From Candidatus Iainarchaeum sp. (GTDB lineage: Archaea; Iainarchaeota; Iainarchaeia; Iainarchaeales; JACQJH01): a DNA stretch of 32,000 bases. Both the position numbers and the translations under genes were made by a program. The notes under the pieces were generated by a model, which saw only the letters and a list, made by a program, of their open reading frames with translations, did not search any database and was not told the origin of the DNA. Each line of letters begins with the position of its first letter. Within the stretch, counting starts at the first letter, position 1. The stretch covers positions 540,001 through 572,000 of the forward strand of contig JACQJH010000001.1 in NCBI GenBank assembly GCA_016205145.1. The letters run 5' to 3'. Shown one piece after another: positions 24,638-31,763 of the stretch.

Positions 24638-25007
24638 GCAAACCACCCGCAAAAACCACGTGCAAACCGCACACGTTTAATATGCACTCAATACACATTC
24701 AACCTTATAAATATTGCGCATCAGGCATATGCCTGGTTGGGCATATAAACCGCCAAAACCCGCAAACAAGCCCGGCAACCAAAAACAAGCGGAGTCCCAA
24801 GCCCAAATGCGCCCAAGCCAAAAATGCCCGGAAAAACAAAAACCCGTGGTATACTGCATAGGCGGAGTATTTTCGGGGTGAGCTACTGCCAAAGCGCGGG
24901 AAACACTGCAAGGTCAGGAACCCAAAGCAAGCGAAGAATGCGGGTATTGTGGATGGAAAGGGTAACATAGATACTTTTATTAAAAATAAGGCAACTTAAA
25001 CTATAAA

Positions 25008-25211
25008 ATGGTTGAACAGAAAATTAACCTTTTTTGCCCCAAATGCGGCGAAAAAGTTGAAGTTCTTTGGGTTTATAACCCACCTCATGCCTATTTTGTT
25101 CCTGGCAGTAGAGCGGGGTCAGAAAAAAGAATAAAATTAAGTTCTAATATTGTTCAAGGAAATTGTTCTTGCGGGTATGTGTTCAAAGTGAAAGATTTGG
25201 ATGATTATTAA
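25008..25211 (+). CDS. small zinc-ribbon protein, first gene of the R-M cassette
   Basis: CPKCGEKVEV...NCSCGYVF carries CxxC...CxC. It is 67 aa, lies in the AT-rich block, and sits 16 nt upstream of the endonuclease ATG. Confidence 0.5.
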   Translation: MVEQKINLFCPKCGEKVEVLWVYNPPHAYFVPGSRAGSEKRIKLSSNIVQGNCSCGYVFKVKDLDDY

Positions 25212-25227
25212 TATTTGATTGGTATTT

Positions 25228-25965
25228 ATGGCTACTTGGCTTGATTCGCTAAAAGAAAGTTATGTCCTACTATTGACTACTCACCCTAGGAGTAATGTTA
25301 AGCTCGTACCGCCACATAGTTGGATTAGGAATAGATTGCAAGAGTTGTTGCCAAAGGATTTTGTGTGCTATTCTTTGGATAATGATGCGTCTAAAAGCAA
25401 AGAGAAGAAAATTAATGGCAAATTTTATGAAAAAACTGTTGATGTGGCCATTTTTAGAAAAGCAGTTCCTGTGGGCGCAGTTTCTTTTAAATTTGTGGCC
25501 TCTAATTATTCACAAAATTCTAATAATTACTTTGAAAACTTGATTGGCGAATGTTTCAATGTTCAATCAGAAGGAATCCCTTTTTGCCATGTTTTTGTAG
25601 TGCGCGATAAAATTCCATATTACAATAAAGATAGAGTAGTAACCAAATATGAAATTCTTACTGAACACAATTTAGATAAGTATCTTAGGTTGGCAAGTGC
25701 CGAATCTAATGATGCAGTTCCTTCTAAGTTGGCAATTACTATAATTAAAATTTCGGGGGATGAAGTTAGCGGGGATATTATTCACCCGATAGACTTCCAA
25801 ACACTATCTAATTCAAAAAAAGAGGCGATTAAAGGAAATATCTCAGTTGATTTTTCTGATTTTAAAATTTATCAAAAGGATATTAAAGAAAAACTTGAAT
25901 TGCTAAATATTAATAAAATTTTGAAAGAGTTTGTCGAAATAGTGGTCTCTAAAAACAAGCAATAG
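25228..25965 (+). CDS. putative type II restriction endonuclease (PD-(D/E)xK-like)
   Basis: It converges on and overlaps the methyltransferase gene by 17 nt. TVDVAIF-x10-GAVSFKFVASNYSQNSNNYFENLIGE looks like a D...SxK nuclease core. The assignment rests mainly on context. Confidence 0.6.
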   Translation: MATWLDSLKESYVLLLTTHPRSNVKLVPPHSWIRNRLQELLPKDFVCYSLDNDASKSKEKKINGKFYEKTVDVAIFRKAVPVGAVSFKFVASNYSQNSNNYFENLIGECFNVQSEGIPFCHVFVVRDKIPYYNKDRVVTKYEILTEHNLDKYLRLASAESNDAVPSKLAITIIKISGDEVSGDIIHPIDFQTLSNSKKEAIKGNISVDFSDFKIYQKDIKEKLELLNINKILKEFVEIVVSKNKQ

Positions 25966-27907
25966 TCAATTGCATATTTTGTTTTTTTGTACTATTTTTA
26001 GAATTAAAATATAAATTTTCCAAATAGTTGTCTATTTTATCTTTGCTCTGTTCTTCCGATAAGAATGCCAAGTCATGATTAGTAAGCCGCGGTATGCCAA
26101 AATTTTTTATGAATGTTTTTGCGAATGATTTGTAGCCGCCGCGATAGTCTTTGCTTGTTTTTTTTATGTAGTAATCCATAATGCTGGAATTTAGGATTTT
26201 TATAAGTACTTCTTTATCGCCTGAATAAAAAATAGAATATCCTGCATAAAATAAAGCGTCTTTTTTTGTACATAAAATGTAATTTGGGCTATTTGCAATA
26301 TTTGGCGTAATTATTTTTTCCCCAAATGAATTGTCAATGCCTTGTGATCGCCCATATATATACCAGGGGGTAATGTTATTTTTACCTTTGTCTCTTTTTG
26401 CAAGCTCGTCTTTTATTGATAGAAAATATTTGTAACAATTTGGAAATATTTTTGCTAATTCATGTTCTGGTAATGCCCGATACTTTTTTCCGATTTTTTG
26501 ATATGGGAAAATTATTCTTCTTTTATTTTTGATTATGTCCTGTTCATTTTTAACTATACTGGCTTTGATAATTTCTTTAGTTATGCCTTTTTCTATCACA
26601 TATTTTGTTTCATTTGAATATTTTATGTAACAATCTTTTTCTAGTTTTGAAGAATCTAATAAATACAAATTATCTTTTAGGGTTGCAATACCAACACTAA
26701 TCCTGGCAATTTTGCCAAGTGGTTCGCCTATTTCTTCTATTTTTTTTATTTTCATTTGGTCTTCGTGCATTAGTAGGTTCCATTTTTCTGGATTTAGTGC
26801 CTTGGTAACAATTGGTGAAAAAGTAAATGTGCCTTTTGTAAACTTATTTATGTTTTCGATTAGGGCGTAGTCAAAACTTTCTTTGTTTTTTTTATTTAGT
26901 ATAGTTATAGATGTGTAAGTGCTAACATCTTGGAAAATTTGTAAATGGTTAAAGTTTACTATCTGGCGGATTAAATTTTTTGTTTGTAAAAACTTTCTTA
27001 GTTGTTTTCCCGCGAGCGATGCAAAGTAGCTATTTGGGGTAATGTATCCTAATGAGCCATTTTTATTTAATAGTTGGATGCCTAACTCAAAAAATGGAAT
27101 AAATAGGTCGACATTTCCAGTACTTGCAGTGGCCCAGTTACTGCTTATTTTATTTCGCACGTTCTCTTGTAAATTTTGTATTCTAACATAAGGTGGATTC
27201 CCGATTATTGTATCGAATCCGCCATTTTTATCAAATACTTCTGGGAATTCCTTTTTCCAATTAAAAGTATTAGGGTCTAAGCTATCGCCCAGTTTTATAT
27301 TGAATATTATTTCTTCTTTGTCTTCGCCATTTTCTAGTGCTAACAATGACAATATTGTTTTTGTCCTATTTACATTGCTTTCCAATATGTCTACTCCAAA
27401 TATGTTATTTTCAATTATCTCGATAATTGGTTTCTTGCCTAATTTAGCTAATTTTTCTGTTGCCAATACCAAAAATGCACCGCTACCACAAGAACAATCG
27501 CAGACGATCAAATTATGTTTTTTAATCGTCTGATTATTTATGTAGTTAATTATGAATTCAGGGGTATAAAACGCCCCATTTAATTTACGATCTTTTGCTT
27601 CAATTAATAGTTCGAATATGCGTTCTATGTTTTTCAGGGTAATTTGGTTGGCATCATATGGGAGCTGTTTTTTTAGTTTTGAATAGTTTTCACTATCTAT
27701 TTTTTTTAGCATGTCGAGAATTAACTTGTTTTTCGGTTTTAGAATATTGTTTGCTTCTAAAAAAAAGGTTATTAGTCCGGCCTCTATTTGATCTATGGGG
27801 AAATTTTTTTGTAACTGAATTATGGAATTTGCGTTTATCAATTTGTCACGATGATTGTTCAGGTTTCTTTTTCTTATATTTGTTTTCGGAACCATATTTC
27901 CCCTCAT
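25949..27907 (-). CDS. N6-adenine DNA methyltransferase, gamma class (Eco57I/TaqI-like) with a large C-terminal target-recognition region
   Basis: GAFYTPEFII is motif X-like. VCDCSCGSGAFLV is AdoMet motif I. FDTIIGNPPYVRIQNL is catalytic motif IV (NPPY). Confidence 0.9.
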   Translation of the reverse strand: MRGNMVPKTNIRKRNLNNHRDKLINANSIIQLQKNFPIDQIEAGLITFFLEANNILKPKNKLILDMLKKIDSENYSKLKKQLPYDANQITLKNIERIFELLIEAKDRKLNGAFYTPEFIINYINNQTIKKHNLIVCDCSCGSGAFLVLATEKLAKLGKKPIIEIIENNIFGVDILESNVNRTKTILSLLALENGEDKEEIIFNIKLGDSLDPNTFNWKKEFPEVFDKNGGFDTIIGNPPYVRIQNLQENVRNKISSNWATASTGNVDLFIPFFELGIQLLNKNGSLGYITPNSYFASLAGKQLRKFLQTKNLIRQIVNFNHLQIFQDVSTYTSITILNKKNKESFDYALIENINKFTKGTFTFSPIVTKALNPEKWNLLMHEDQMKIKKIEEIGEPLGKIARISVGIATLKDNLYLLDSSKLEKDCYIKYSNETKYVIEKGITKEIIKASIVKNEQDIIKNKRRIIFPYQKIGKKYRALPEHELAKIFPNCYKYFLSIKDELAKRDKGKNNITPWYIYGRSQGIDNSFGEKIITPNIANSPNYILCTKKDALFYAGYSIFYSGDKEVLIKILNSSIMDYYIKKTSKDYRGGYKSFAKTFIKNFGIPRLTNHDLAFLSEEQSKDKIDNYLENLYFNSKNSTKKQNMQLTIACF

Positions 27908-28138
27908 TTTGAATTAAATATGTTTTAAACCATTAAAAAAATCATCGTCTGCCCCACCATAAACGCCAACGCCAGTTCCCCGAACCTTGCCGCTTTTTCC
28001 GTTTGCCCGTACGCGTCGAGGAGAAAGAGAATCCAAACCAAAACCCATTGAAAAGCCCAAATTTGGGAAACGAAAAACACCACAAAACCACTTTACATAT
28101 TTTATGCAATTTATGTAATTGTTTATTCTACAAAATCC

Positions 28139-28146
28139 TTTAAATA
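28139..28146 (+). promoter_or_regulatory. archaeal TATA box TTTAAATA ~31 nt upstream of the small ORF 28177..28320
   Basis: It is an exact TTTAWATA-type box. The 12-mer CCTTTAAATACT (28137-28148) is identical to 5393-5404. It is flanked by the partially palindromic repeats TGCAATTTATGTAATT and TGCATAATTTACATAATT. Confidence 0.45.
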
Positions 28147-28176
28147 CTTTGCATAATTTACATAATTTGACCGTTT

Positions 28177-28320
28177 ATGCCTGAAAAAAAGAAAACCGGC
28201 GCAGTAAGGCTCTCAATTTCAGTCTCGCCGGAAGAAAAGAAGTTCTTGGACGAAAACCAGTTCAGCCCGTCAAAACTGTTTCAATGGGCGCTGGGGCAAA
28301 AAGGGTTTGGAAAAAAATAG
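28177..28320 (+). CDS. 47-aa ribbon-helix-helix-like protein (below the ORF-track size cutoff)
   Basis: My translation is MPEKKKTGAVRLSISVSPEEKKFLDENQFSPSKLFQWALGQKGFGKK*. It has a beta-strand (RLSISVS) followed by two short helices, and a TATA box at the appropriate distance. Confidence 0.4.
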   Translation: MPEKKKTGAVRLSISVSPEEKKFLDENQFSPSKLFQWALGQKGFGKK

Positions 28321-28326
28321 TTTGTT

Positions 28327-29112
28327 TTATCGTGTGGGCTCGTTCCATCTTTCAGTAAATAAGTTTGTCATTGATGTGGCAATTTCGCTTATTTCCTTTA
28401 TAGTTGTATCTTTGTTCCCCAAGTCTTTAATGCTGCTTCCGATAGTCCAGCACTTGCCATCGCAAATAATAAATCTGTCATGAATTTTTTGGTTAATTTT
28501 GACCTCGATCTTTATCCCTAATTCTTTACCTAATTTTCCTTTATAACTTTCAAATTTACTTAAATCGTATATGTTGGAGGTTAAAATTTTTAATATCTTG
28601 ATTCTTCCTTTAATAGTGGCAAATGGAAAAAGCGTTTCAGGAGACACGTAAGAATCACATACCAAAATTTCTGGATCCTTTGAGTTTGTTATTGAATATA
28701 AAAATTCTTCGAATAATTTTATGGCGCTAAAATTCTGCCCAGATTTTATTATATAAACTGCCGATTTTCCAATTTGGCCCAATATTGTTCTTATTTTTTT
28801 CAATCCTTTACTTAGAAAATATAAACTTCTATTTTCCTCTTTAACAAAAGAATCTTTTTTTGCTTTGTGTAGTATTTTTCTAAAATTATCTTCTCTGCGT
28901 CCAAGATCCATAAAAAGATTTTTGCAGTCAGTATATTGTACCCCGGCGGTTTTGTTTTGATTTTCTATAAGATAAATAATCAGTAGGAGAACATCGGAAT
29001 CGGATAACACGTCATCTGCGATTAGCTTATTGTGGTATTTTTGAATTAATCCGGACATTTCGGGGGGAATTTCCAAATGAATTTTATTATTTTTTTTCGA
29101 TGTCATTTTCAA
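28327..29112 (-). CDS. unknown-function protein: N-terminal wHTH-like module + C-terminal PLD-fold (MIT_C-like 'D.Y...HDRFI') domain; third gene of the AT-rich operon
   Basis: The N-terminal module DSDVLLLIIYLIENQNKTAGVQYTDCKNLF...RSLYFLSKGLKKI is paralogous to modules in the two upstream genes. The C-terminal EILVCDSYVSPETLFPF...KIHDRFIICDGKCWTIGSSIKDLG resembles the DPY/HDR signature of non-catalytic PLD-like MIT_C domains. The start is uncertain: 29112, 29106 or 29058. Confidence 0.6.
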   Translation of the reverse strand: MKMTSKKNNKIHLEIPPEMSGLIQKYHNKLIADDVLSDSDVLLLIIYLIENQNKTAGVQYTDCKNLFMDLGRREDNFRKILHKAKKDSFVKEENRSLYFLSKGLKKIRTILGQIGKSAVYIIKSGQNFSAIKLFEEFLYSITNSKDPEILVCDSYVSPETLFPFATIKGRIKILKILTSNIYDLSKFESYKGKLGKELGIKIEVKINQKIHDRFIICDGKCWTIGSSIKDLGNKDTTIKEISEIATSMTNLFTERWNEPTR

Positions 29113-29485
29113 CGAATCCTTCGCCGCTATTAGTTAGTGTCCATGTTTTTAGTTCGTCCTTTTTTTCTTTGGCTTGCATCATGTGACCTTTTTCAACATT
29201 CTTGTCTAAAGTAGCGTTTATGTTGCTGGGCACTTTTTCTTTGGCGTCTCTAAAACCATTTTCTATATCTTTTGAATTAAAATTATTTGATTCGGTGTAG
29301 TTCTCTAGGTAATATCCTATGACTAATGCTTTTTGAACATCGCCTACTGCATTTTTTGAAAGAATAAATTCTTTTATGGACATTATTTTCTTTGACTTTG
29401 TTGGTCTGGTGTTCAATTGATCTTCTAGTTTTCGTATGCGTTCCTCGTGATTATCTAAGATGTGTGTTATTTGTTGAACCTCCAA
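29087..29485 (-). CDS. unknown-function protein: N-terminal coiled-coil + wHTH-like module; second gene of the AT-rich operon
   Basis: The coiled-coil is HILDNHEERIRKLEDQL. The wHTH-like module is DVQKALVIGYYLENYTESNNFNSKDIENGF...NINATLDKNVEKGHMMQAKEKKDELKTWTLTNSGEGFVE. Confidence 0.6.
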   Translation of the reverse strand: MEVQQITHILDNHEERIRKLEDQLNTRPTKSKKIMSIKEFILSKNAVGDVQKALVIGYYLENYTESNNFNSKDIENGFRDAKEKVPSNINATLDKNVEKGHMMQAKEKKDELKTWTLTNSGEGFVENDIEKK

Positions 29486-29489
29486 TTTT

Positions 29490-29927
29490 TCACCTGCCCC
29501 GTGGTTCTGATTTTTGTTCCTTCTTACTGTGTTTCCTATAAAGTGAATCCAATATGTCTTCGATTTGAAATGGGGAAATAGAATATTTTCCTTTTTTTTC
29601 TCTTTTTACCTGTTTCTGTTCGACTAACTCTTTTACTCTTGCCGCAATAATTTTTTTGTTTATGTGTGTAAAATCTGACAGTTCTTCGATTGTGACAATC
29701 GGGGCAATAGTTTTGTCCAATTTGTTTGCTAAAAAGCGGCAGACAAGTACCAAGCGGATATAGTCTGAATTTGTAAATGGGTTTTTTTCTAAAAGTACTG
29801 AGCCACTTTTATCGACTTTCGCAAACAGTAGTGCTCTGTCTACCAACCCAGGCAGTTTTTTTTCATTGTATGATTCTCGGTCAACAACAAACAATTCTTT
29901 TACTTCTTTCAAACTGAAACCAGCCAT
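29490..29927 (-). CDS. unknown-function protein with a C-terminal wHTH-like module; first gene of the AT-rich operon
   Basis: YIRLVLVCRFLANKLDKTIAPIVTIEELSDFTHINKKIIAARVKELVEQKQVKREKKGKYSISPFQIEDIL. There is a 4-nt gap to the next gene. Confidence 0.6.
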   Translation of the reverse strand: MAGFSLKEVKELFVVDRESYNEKKLPGLVDRALLFAKVDKSGSVLLEKNPFTNSDYIRLVLVCRFLANKLDKTIAPIVTIEELSDFTHINKKIIAARVKELVEQKQVKREKKGKYSISPFQIEDILDSLYRKHSKKEQKSEPRGR

Positions 29928-29965
29928 AAAAATCGTATACTGTAGTCGTAGTAACAGTTTAAAAA

Positions 29966-29999
29966 TATTCGTATCTAAAATTATGGTTTATTCGTATCT
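29966..29999 (-). promoter_or_regulatory. two 11-nt direct repeats TATTCGTATCT (plus-strand reading) spaced 23 nt, just upstream of a TATA-like TTTTTAAA and the operon start
   Basis: The repeats lie at 29966-29976 and 29989-29999. On the coding (minus) strand this reads AGATACGAATA-N12-AGATACGAATA-TTTTTAAAC, ~40 nt before ATG 29927. Confidence 0.4.
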
Positions 30000-30029
30000 C
30001 GATTAGTGCCTTTAGATTTCAATACGTCT

Positions 30030-30605
30030 TCACCATCTGTCTATCTCGGTTATCTTCAGCTCTTTTGCGCGCAAATAGATTTTTTCTGTCACAATTAGGT
30101 CGTGTTCCAAGTATGTTTTGATTTTGGCGTGGTTTCCGGCCCAGAATTCTTCTGCGACCATGCTTCCGTCCATTTCGTAGTCGTGGAAGCCGAGAAAGGC
30201 CGCGAATTCTTTGAGTGTTCCGCGCACGTTGCCGTATTTGTAGGCTGAAAGCTTTTCGCGCAAGTCGATTGTTTCCTTCAAGGTGAAGGGTTCGATTGCA
30301 ACGTTGTTGACAAAGCTTCTTGTGACGAGAAACGGCAAATCGAAGTTTTTGAGGTTGAAGCCCACTATTTTGAAGTTGCGATGCAGTTTTTTAAAAGCGC
30401 TGATTTCCTGCCAGAACGCTTCAAGCATGCTTTTTTCGCTTTCATCCATGAGAATGGTTGTCTTGGCGCCGTGCTTCAGGCCGATTGCGGCAACCTTGGA
30501 GTCGATGGGGTTCAACAGTTTTTTGCGCTCGGAGTCGTTTTCAACGCCCAAATACTGTTCCTTGTCGCAGGGAATTGTTTCAGTGTCCACGATTATGTAG
30601 TCCAT
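30030..30605 (-). CDS. DEDD-type 3'-5' exonuclease, PolB-exonuclease-like (RNase H fold)
   Basis: MDYIIVDTET is Exo I. IVGFNLKNFDLPFL is Exo II. YLEHDL is Exo III (YxxxD). The ~190-aa length fits the stand-alone 'predicted 3'-5' exonuclease related to PolB exo domain' family. Confidence 0.75.
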   Translation of the reverse strand: MDYIIVDTETIPCDKEQYLGVENDSERKKLLNPIDSKVAAIGLKHGAKTTILMDESEKSMLEAFWQEISAFKKLHRNFKIVGFNLKNFDLPFLVTRSFVNNVAIEPFTLKETIDLREKLSAYKYGNVRGTLKEFAAFLGFHDYEMDGSMVAEEFWAGNHAKIKTYLEHDLIVTEKIYLRAKELKITEIDRW

Positions 30606-30675
30606 AAGGATGGGTTTTGCGGAAAACTGCTTTTAAAGGGTTTCAGGGGAGGTTTCCCTTGATTTTGCCGCCGGT

Positions 30676-30954
30676 TTATTTTTTGTAGATGCTGTCGTGA
30701 TGGTCGTAGTCTTCCACTATGACTGTTTTCCGGTTTTCGTCGATTGAGTAGATTAAAACGAACGGGCCATGGGCATGAACTCTTCTCAGGCCGTGCATTG
30801 GCTTTTTCAGCGGCTTGAAATTGTATGGGTTTTCGAGTATTTGCCTAAGCTTTTTCTTGATTGCCTTTTCCTGTTCCGGGTCGCGTTTCGCGGCTTTTTC
30901 AAATGCCCTTTCAACGTGTTCAAGGACTTCAAGGCTGTATGGCAATAAAATCAT
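30676..30954 (-). CDS. RelE/ParE-family type II toxin (archaeal RelE-like)
   Basis: ...ILENPYNFKPLKKPMHGLRRVHAHGPFVLIYSIDENRKTVIVEDYDHHDSIYKK. A 4-nt overlap links it to the upstream antitoxin. It is a paralog of 31483..31761. Confidence 0.75.
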   Translation of the reverse strand: MILLPYSLEVLEHVERAFEKAAKRDPEQEKAIKKKLRQILENPYNFKPLKKPMHGLRRVHAHGPFVLIYSIDENRKTVIVEDYDHHDSIYKK

Positions 30955-31193
30955 CTTTTGCGCAGGTTTTCAAAGTATTCGTCAATGTTTTCAACCCGCA
31001 CGGCTTTTTCTTTTTTTGCCTTTTTCATCCTTTCGACGAAGTCCGGCCTGAGTTCTGGCTCAAGCACTTCTTTGTCGTATTCTTCGGCCAGCTTGTTGAT
31101 TGCCTCGCTCTTGTCGTTCAGGCCATACTTTGCCTTGACAATGTTGATTACGCGGTTGGCTCGGTCGTCAAGCTTTACAATGGCGGTAGGCAT
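30951..31193 (-). CDS. antitoxin-like protein (DUF2683-like), partner of 30676..30954
   Basis: VKLDDRANRVINIVKAKYGLNDKSEAINKLAEEY. It is a paralog of 31764..>32000. The family name is from memory. Confidence 0.6.
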   Translation of the reverse strand: MPTAIVKLDDRANRVINIVKAKYGLNDKSEAINKLAEEYDKEVLEPELRPDFVERMKKAKKEKAVRVENIDEYFENLRKR

Positions 31194-31227
31194 ATTATTC
31201 TCATATTAATGTGGCATTAATTCAATA

Positions 31228-31449
31228 TTAAAGCGTATTGTTTTGGCAAAATGCCAGTTCTTCCGGTTCGGCGTGCTTCACGTACAGTTCTGTTGCCTCT
31301 TTGAGGTTTGCCAAGGCCTTTTCAACGGTTTTGCCCTGGCTTACGACGCCCAATTCTATGCAGTGCGCCACGAAAAAGTCGTCTTCCTTTTCAACAACCG
31401 CGGTCAGCTTGAACATGCCTTGTCCCGATAGAACATTGTCGCGTTCCAT
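31228..31449 (-). CDS. HicB-fold (UPF0150) antitoxin-like protein, with no adjacent HicA
   Basis: FKLTAVVEKEDDFFVAHCIELGVVSQGKTVEKALANLKEATELYVKH is a typical HicB N-domain. Only ~33 nt of intergenic space lies on each side, so no hicA fits. Confidence 0.7.
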   Translation of the reverse strand: MERDNVLSGQGMFKLTAVVEKEDDFFVAHCIELGVVSQGKTVEKALANLKEATELYVKHAEPEELAFCQNNTL

Positions 31450-31482
31450 ATTTAAACGGTTTTTGGGACCCTTTCCATGGAT

Positions 31483-31761
31483 TCACTTGTATGCGTGGTC
31501 GTGGTGCGCGAATTTGTCGAAGAGTATGAAGTTTTCTTTTTTGAAGACTTTGAACAGCAGGACAAAGTGCTTTCCTATGTGGACGCGCTTGTATTCGCTC
31601 AGGCCGTGCCTGAGGTTTTTGTAGTGTTCTATTGCATATTCGTCTGAGGCGATTATTTCCCTGACTTTTTTGTTGAGCATTTCAGCGAGTTTTTTGTCCC
31701 TTTTCGCCAGGACCGGGATTTCGGCTTTCAGCTCGTCGGAAAAGTCGAAAGAAAACGCCAA
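31483..31761 (-). CDS. RelE/ParE-family type II toxin (paralog of 30676..30954)
   Basis: ...HYKNLRHGLSEYKRVHIGKHFVLLFKVFKKENFILFDKFAHHDHAYK. Confidence 0.75.
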   Translation of the reverse strand: MAFSFDFSDELKAEIPVLAKRDKKLAEMLNKKVREIIASDEYAIEHYKNLRHGLSEYKRVHIGKHFVLLFKVFKKENFILFDKFAHHDHAYK

Positions 31762-31763
31762 GT

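Noticed and set aside
24653-24968. ORFs 24677..24892 and 24705..24968 (minus strand) in the A/C-rich spacer before the R-M block
   Set aside because: Their translations are Gly/Phe/Trp/Cys-rich with no start context. They overlap each other in different frames, and the region reads better as promoter/spacer sequence for the ParD/RelE pair.
24799-28062. A shared 10-mer AAGCCCAAAT plus GAAAAACA-type A/C-rich tracts on both sides of the AT-rich R-M block, as possible flanking direct repeats
   Set aside because: The spacing between the sub-motifs differs (22 vs 9 nt). Both flanks are low-complexity A/C-rich, so a 10-mer match is weak evidence, and I could not extend it to a convincing target-site duplication.
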